A DNA stretch of 64,000 bases from Promethearchaeota archaeon (lineage in GTDB: Archaea; Asgardarchaeota; Lokiarchaeia; Sigyniarchaeales; SOKP01): NCBI GenBank assembly GCA_048939995.1, contig JBHLOY010000002.1, positions 464,485 to 528,484 of the forward strand. Direction: 5' to 3'. The stretch's first letter is position 1. Every line of letters begins with the position of its first letter. This document shows positions 58,358 through 64,000 of the stretch, piece after piece. The notes under the pieces were generated by a model. That model was not told where the DNA came from, did not search any database, and saw only the letters and a list, made by a program, of their open reading frames with translations. The position numbers and the translations under genes were made by a program.

Positions 58358-61300
58358 ATGAAGAAATTTATCAATTTTAAAAAAAGCTTTCAAATTCTTT
58401 TAATAATTGTTATCCTTGCATTAAATATATTATCAATAATTCAATTTCCATCCACATTCATTAAAACTAATAAAACTAATAACTTTATCGAGGATGAACT
58501 TCCTTTTATACCCACTTCTTCAAGTGGTCCCCCTAATAATAATCATTTCAAGTATTATAAAGATATAATAATCAACCATACGAAAGTCTCTGGATCAAGT
58601 AATCTAATTAATTTTCCGGTATTAATATCCCTTATTGATTCAGATTTGCATGATGAGGTTCAACCTGATGGTGATGATATTGCTTTTTCTAACGGCACAA
58701 TATGGCTTGATCATGAAATAGAACTTTTTGACCCAACTTTTACTACGACACATGCTAAATTATTGGTATGGGTTATGATTCCTTCTCTATCACCCACCAC
58801 AGATACAAATATAATAATGTATTTTGGAAATTCTACCATGAGTTCTCAACAAAATGCAATTGGTGTCTGGGATTCTAATTATAAAGGTGTGTGGCATTTA
58901 AAAGAAGATCCTGCCGGTTCATCCCCCCAATTCAAGGATAGTACTTCAAATAGTAATCATGGAACAGAAAGTAATCTAGATTCTGACGATCAGATTGATG
59001 GACAAATAGATGGGAGTATTGATTTTGATGCTAATCAAGATCATATTGATTACGGAAACGATACTTCCCTAAATATGGGAACAGGTGAATTTACATTATC
59101 TACGTGGTTTAATTATGATGGTGTACAGTGGGGAGGTATTGTTGGAAAGGGAGCCTACCTTTCCGGTGGTAAAAGGTACTATCTTTCGTTTAACACACCC
59201 GCGGGGCAGATAATGGCCGAAATTGATGATGATAGCGCCCCACTTAACCCAAGCATCATTTCAGGAGCAGCTTATGGTGATAATAAGTGGCATCATCTCG
59301 CTATGGTAAGAGATGAGACTTATCTGCGATTATATCTTGATGGTAATGAAGATGGGACAAAGTCAGTTACCGGTTACGGTAATATTGATAGTAAACATCC
59401 ATTATACATGAACGCGAAATGTGATATTAATGGACAAATAAGTAGTTGGTCTTCTGTTAAGCTTGATGAAGTTCGGGTCTCCAATTGTGCTCGTTCAGCC
59501 GACTGGATTAAAACAGAATATAATAATCAGAATGATACTAAAAGTTTTTATTCTGTTTATCCTGCTAAAAAAAACCTTTCTCCAAATGATTTTAAGTATT
59601 ATAAGGATATAACAATTAACCATACGAAAATCTCTGGATCAACTGATCTTCTTAACTTTCCTTTACTGGTTTCTATTAAAGATTCTGACTTACACGATCA
59701 TACTCAGCCAGATGGTGATGATATTTCTTTTTATAATGGAAGTGAATGGTTAGATCACGAAATAGAAACGTTTAATCAAAATTTTAATGAAACACATGCC
59801 CAACTGGTTGCATGGGTCCGAATTCCAAAGCTTTCCACATCAGCTGATACGGTAATTAGGATGTATTATGGTAATTCAAGCTTAGCTTCACAAGAAAATC
59901 CGGAAGGAGTTTGGAATTCGAACTATAAAGGCGTTTGGCATTTAAAAGAAAATCCATCTGGAGCAAATATAAACGATAGTACTCTAAATAATCTCGATGG
60001 ATCTCCTCAGGGGAATATGAATTCAAGTGATCAGGTAAACGCACAATTAGATGGTGGAATAGATTTTGATGGAAATGATGATAATATAGCTACAGAAGAA
60101 AATGACTTTTTGGCGGGTGTTTCTAGTTTTACAATGTCAGCTTGGATAAAACCGCTTAGTAGTCAATCTGATTTTTGTGGAATTATTGAATATGATAATA
60201 CTACTGATGGTAGTAGCTTTGATGCGGGTATGGAACTACGATCAACAAGAGTTCCTCGAGTTAATATTTGGACTACAACAGGATTTAAATTTGTAGATTC
60301 ATCTACAGTTTTACCTACTACAAAATTTACCTACTTTGTATTTGTATATGATGGGAATTTAAGTATTTATGTGGATGGATCTTTTGATTGTTCTACTACT
60401 CACAGTGGAAATGTAAGGAATAATCGCAGATATATAAATATTGGCAGAAATACTCATGATGGAGTGAGTTTTAATGGAATTATTGATGAAATACGAATCT
60501 CTAATGTAGCCCGTTCACCAGATTGGATTGAAACGATCTATAATAATGAAAATGATCCTAATTCATTCTATTCAATTGGAAAAGAATATCGTGAAATTAA
60601 AATTGAAGATTTTCCTTTTCATAAAGAAATTAAAATTGATCACAACAAAGTTTCTGGAACAGACGATCTTTTTAATTTTCCTGTTCTCATTTCTCTTATT
60701 GATTCAGATTTACACGACTATGCTCAAGCAGATGGCGATGATATTGCTTTTTTCATGAATGATACACGGTTGGATCACGAAATAGAATTATTCGATAATT
60801 CTTATAATGATACACATGCTAAATTGGTCGCATGGGTTCGAGTACCCTCTTTATCACCTTTTACTGATACTATAATTAAAATGTATTATGGAAATTCTTC
60901 TATATCATCTCAAGAGTTTCCGGAGGGTGTTTGGAACTCTTATTATAGTGGTGTTTGGCATCTTCACGACGATTTAAAAGATAGTACAGTAAATCAGAAT
61001 GATGGTACAAATCATGGGAGTACTGATGCAGTAGGCCAAATTGCTGATGCGCAAGATTTTGCCGGATATAGTACTGATCAAGAGATCACAATTGGGCCAA
61101 ATAAAACGCTTAATCCAACATCTATAACTGTATCTGCTTGGATCAATCCGAGGGGACAATCTAGTGGATCTGAAACTGGGATGATTGTAAGTGATTATGA
61201 TTGGACAGATAATTTTATGAAATTATATTACCTATATATGCATCCTAATAATCGTATTTATGTAACTGTTTTTTGGGATGATGGAATTACTACAAGTGAT

Positions 61301-64000
61301 TTAATAAGTCAACCAATTACATTAAATGAATGGCATCTTGTCCATTTTACAGTAAATTCAACCACACTCGCATTATATATTGATGGACACTATATTACTC
61401 CCGAGTATCCTTATAATGCTACTACTCCAATTACGGGAGGAATTAAACAATATCTTAATATGATTGAGATTGGTTCTGAAGAACAAATGTCAAGTTGTGA
61501 ACATGAGTTTAATGGCACAATAGATGATGTCCGGATTTTAAACACTGATCTTTCAGTAGATTGGATCTCAACAGAATATAACAATCAAAATAATCCAAGT
61601 ACTTTTTATACTATAAGTTCACAAAAAGTTCTTGATAATGCACCTCCTACTTATTCCAATCTTATAGAAAGCGAAGATCCTTTAGAATTAGGAGATACCG
61701 AAATTATAAGTATAAATGTTTCAGATTCTTCGGGTATTAATCAAGTCAAAATCGAATTTGAAGGATCTAATCATTCAATGGTCAATATTGTTGGAGAAAC
61801 ATGGCAATACACCAGTTGGACTCCAACCAGTGTAAATAACTATACTTATACCATATGGATAGAAGATAATTATAAGAATTGGAACTTTACTAGTGGTTCG
61901 ATTGAAGTAATTGATACTACTGCCCCAACTTACTCAGATTTAATAGAAAGTGCAGATCCCTTACAAATAGGACAAAATGAAACCATCAACATTAAAGTTT
62001 ATGATTCTCCTGGTTCTGGAGTGAATCAGGTCCTTTTAGAATATGATTCTTTAAATCATTCCATGAATTTTATAGTGGGAAACACATGGAGATGGACTAA
62101 CTGGAAACCTAACTTGCCAGGAAATTATTCCTACAAAATTTATATGCAGGATATTGAAAATAATTGGAATTGGACTAGTGGAACAATAAATGTTATTTCT
62201 ACAACTGCACCTTCTATAGAAAATCTAACTGAAAGTGAGTCTCCTTTAGAATTAGGACATAATATTACCATTACTGCCGATGTTGCCGATAATGAAACTT
62301 ATGTATCAGTGGTATTATTTGAATTAGGCTCTGTTAACTATACAATGAAAAATAGCATTGATAATTCATATTTTATAACTCTTATATATAATTTTAATTG
62401 GTCAAACCCTTCAGTTGGGACGATTGGCTACAAGATTTACGCAAATGACTCAGATAATAATTGGAATTCCCTTAGTAGTAGTTTTGACATTGTAGATACA
62501 GTTTTACCTAATTATCTTGGTCTTATCGAAAGTGAGGATCCACTGGAATTTGGTAATAATGAAGTAATCTCTATAAATTGTACTGATCTAGCGGGAATTA
62601 ACCAAGTAAAAATTGAATTTGGAAACATAAATCATTCTATGACAAATGTTTATGGAAATACTTGGCAGTATGATCTTTGGACTCCTTCTACCACTGGAAT
62701 TTTTCCCTATACGATATGGATTGAAGATAACAATAATCACTGGAATTATTGCATAAATTCCATTTTAGTGCAAGATACAATATTACCAGAATATTCAGAT
62801 TTAATTGAGAGCGCAGATCCAATCGAATTGGGAAATACTATAAGAATTTCTATCAATTGTACTGATCTAGCAGGAATTAAACAGGTTAATATTGAATTTG
62901 GAGGAATAAATCATTCAATGTCAAGTATTGGGGGTGATATTTGGCAATATAATATCTGGACTCCATTGAGTACAGGGAATTCCTCCTATATCATATGGAT
63001 TGAAGATAATAATCAGAATTGGAATTATGTTCAAGATTACGTTTTAGTTCAAGATACGATAGCTCCAACATACTCAAATTTAATTGAAAGTACTAATCCC
63101 GTTGAACTGGGTTCTCCTCTGATGATAACAATAACCATTACAGATTTGGGAGGAATTAACCAAGCTTTCATAGAATTTGAAAACACTAATCACTCAATGG
63201 TAAATATTGGGGGAGATATATGGCAATATAACTCTTGGATGCCTAATTCTATAGGTAATTATTCATACATGATTTATATGAGAGATGGTAATAATAATTG
63301 GAATTATACTAGTAGTTCAATAATATTTAAGGATACTATTGCTCCAATATATTCAAATTTGATCGAAAGCGCGGATCCTTTAGAATTAGGTTCTTCAATT
63401 ACTATTAGAATTAATGTTAATGATTTTGCTGGAATTAATCAAACATTAATAGAATTTGAAGGAAGCAATCACTCAATGTTATACATCGGCGGAAATTTAT
63501 GGGAATATAGTTCTTGGATTCCAAATAATCGTATTGTATATCAATACAGAATTTTTATGGAAGACAATAGCGGTAATTGGAATAATGTGATTGGGAATAT
63601 AACTGTTCAAGACATTACTCCTCCATTAGCTCCTGTTATAACAAATGCTCCAAGCGGAGACGTAAACGGAATATTAACTTTTGATTGGTTAGATGGGTCT
63701 GATCCATCAGGCATCTCGTTTTATATCTTAATCATTGATAACGAGACTGATCCACTTATTACTCCTGGATATATTCATTTCGTTAATATTACAAATGAAG
63801 GTACTGAAAGTAGTTACTATGAATTACCTTATATTCTCTCTTCTGGGAGATATTATTACTTCTTATATCAAATTGATGGAGTTGGACATCAAAGTAGCTC
63901 TACTATGGGTACCTTTACTGTAATTTCAGGTAATACTGGAGATCTTAACAATAGTTTCATCATTATAATCATAATTATAGCGATTTCAGTAGGTTCAATT
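58358..64000 (+). CDS. Large surface protein (>1880 aa, runs off window): 3x DUF2341+LamG modules, 7 Ig-like repeats, FN3/Ig-like domain, TM
   Basis: Absent from ORF track; ATG 58358 MKKFINFKKSFQILLIIVILAL...; same frame confirmed at 61622 and 63962; paralog of the upstream gene. Confidence 0.88.
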   Translation, partial: MKKFINFKKSFQILLIIVILALNILSIIQFPSTFIKTNKTNNFIEDELPFIPTSSSGPPNNNHFKYYKDIIINHTKVSGSSNLINFPVLISLIDSDLHDEVQPDGDDIAFSNGTIWLDHEIELFDPTFTTTHAKLLVWVMIPSLSPTTDTNIIMYFGNSTMSSQQNAIGVWDSNYKGVWHLKEDPAGSSPQFKDSTSNSNHGTESNLDSDDQIDGQIDGSIDFDANQDHIDYGNDTSLNMGTGEFTLSTWFNYDGVQWGGIVGKGAYLSGGKRYYLSFNTPAGQIMAEIDDDSAPLNPSIISGAAYGDNKWHHLAMVRDETYLRLYLDGNEDGTKSVTGYGNIDSKHPLYMNAKCDINGQISSWSSVKLDEVRVSNCARSADWIKTEYNNQNDTKSFYSVYPAKKNLSPNDFKYYKDITINHTKISGSTDLLNFPLLVSIKDSDLHDHTQPDGDDISFYNGSEWLDHEIETFNQNFNETHAQLVAWVRIPKLSTSADTVIRMYYGNSSLASQENPEGVWNSNYKGVWHLKENPSGANINDSTLNNLDGSPQGNMNSSDQVNAQLDGGIDFDGNDDNIATEENDFLAGVSSFTMSAWIKPLSSQSDFCGIIEYDNTTDGSSFDAGMELRSTRVPRVNIWTTTGFKFVDSSTVLPTTKFTYFVFVYDGNLSIYVDGSFDCSTTHSGNVRNNRRYINIGRNTHDGVSFNGIIDEIRISNVARSPDWIETIYNNENDPNSFYSIGKEYREIKIEDFPFHKEIKIDHNKVSGTDDLFNFPVLISLIDSDLHDYAQADGDDIAFFMNDTRLDHEIELFDNSYNDTHAKLVAWVRVPSLSPFTDTIIKMYYGNSSISSQEFPEGVWNSYYSGVWHLHDDLKDSTVNQNDGTNHGSTDAVGQIADAQDFAGYSTDQEITIGPNKTLNPTSITVSAWINPRGQSSGSETGMIVSDYDWTDNFMKLYYLYMHPNNRIYVTVFWDDGITTSDLISQPITLNEWHLVHFTVNSTTLALYIDGHYITPEYPYNATTPITGGIKQYLNMIEIGSEEQMSSCEHEFNGTIDDVRILNTDLSVDWISTEYNNQNNPSTFYTISSQKVLDNAPPTYSNLIESEDPLELGDTEIISINVSDSSGINQVKIEFEGSNHSMVNIVGETWQYTSWTPTSVNNYTYTIWIEDNYKNWNFTSGSIEVIDTTAPTYSDLIESADPLQIGQNETINIKVYDSPGSGVNQVLLEYDSLNHSMNFIVGNTWRWTNWKPNLPGNYSYKIYMQDIENNWNWTSGTINVISTTAPSIENLTESESPLELGHNITITADVADNETYVSVVLFELGSVNYTMKNSIDNSYFITLIYNFNWSNPSVGTIGYKIYANDSDNNWNSLSSSFDIVDTVLPNYLGLIESEDPLEFGNNEVISINCTDLAGINQVKIEFGNINHSMTNVYGNTWQYDLWTPSTTGIFPYTIWIEDNNNHWNYCINSILVQDTILPEYSDLIESADPIELGNTIRISINCTDLAGIKQVNIEFGGINHSMSSIGGDIWQYNIWTPLSTGNSSYIIWIEDNNQNWNYVQDYVLVQDTIAPTYSNLIESTNPVELGSPLMITITITDLGGINQAFIEFENTNHSMVNIGGDIWQYNSWMPNSIGNYSYMIYMRDGNNNWNYTSSSIIFKDTIAPIYSNLIESADPLELGSSITIRINVNDFAGINQTLIEFEGSNHSMLYIGGNLWEYSSWIPNNRIVYQYRIFMEDNSGNWNNVIGNITVQDITPPLAPVITNAPSGDVNGILTFDWLDGSDPSGISFYILIIDNETDPLITPGYIHFVNITNEGTESSYYELPYILSSGRYYYFLYQIDGVGHQSSSTMGTFTVISGNTGDLNNSFIIIIIIIAISVGSI
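61634..63610 (+). repeat. Seven tandem ~279-bp coding repeats (D..PP.YS.LIES.DPLELG...NHSM...WQY..W.P...W)
   Basis: Unit starts at 61634, 61913, 62198, 62495, 62774, 63053, 63332. Confidence 0.85.

Noticed and set aside
61634-63610. CRISPR array or non-coding tandem repeat
   Set aside because: Units are ~279 bp, in frame and diverged at the DNA level; they are protein domain repeats
31-63923. Numerous 60-155 aa ORFs nested in or antisense to long genes (e.g. 2662..2910, 24150..24476, 34875..35333, 45992..46456, 59856..60044, 63735..63923)
   Set aside because: They overlap well-supported CDS and show no motifs; treated as spurious frames
1-64000. tRNA, rRNA, IS elements, integrase
   Set aside because: No GC-rich structured segment, transposase motif or terminal inverted repeats seen by eye; a covariance-model scan would be needed to exclude small RNAs

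Overview
AT-rich archaeal chromosomal window. The gene content points to an Asgard archaeon of the Lokiarchaeia type (inference): TFB, UPF0147, tungsten AOR, two Rab-like small GTPases fused to a longin/uDENN-like N-terminal domain, a 7TM-TIR protein, a 'FWGHCSN'-domain protein and DUF2341/LamG surface proteins. It holds about 48 CDS or CDS fragments; I saw no rRNA, tRNA, CRISPR array or intact mobile element. Most genes are metabolic or housekeeping (ppsA, kbl/tdh, kce-like, AOR, GlcD/GlcF-like pair, Fpg, Hsp20, ABC-2 exporter). The most striking locus is a co-directional minus-strand cluster at 33077-41647. It encodes two paralogous P2-scaffold P-type ATPases whose ion-binding site is rebuilt: M4 PEGLP is replaced by a P4-flippase-like PINIP/PINLP and the M6 Asp by His. 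They flank a DedA/VTT (scramblase-family) gene and a CorA/DUF155-like 2TM-NUDIX fusion. This is a candidate lipid-translocation or membrane-homeostasis system. Also notable are a probable ATT-initiated Fe-S protein and a >1880-aa modular surface protein running off the right edge, which the ORF track misses. All family assignments are by eye from motifs, without database searches.
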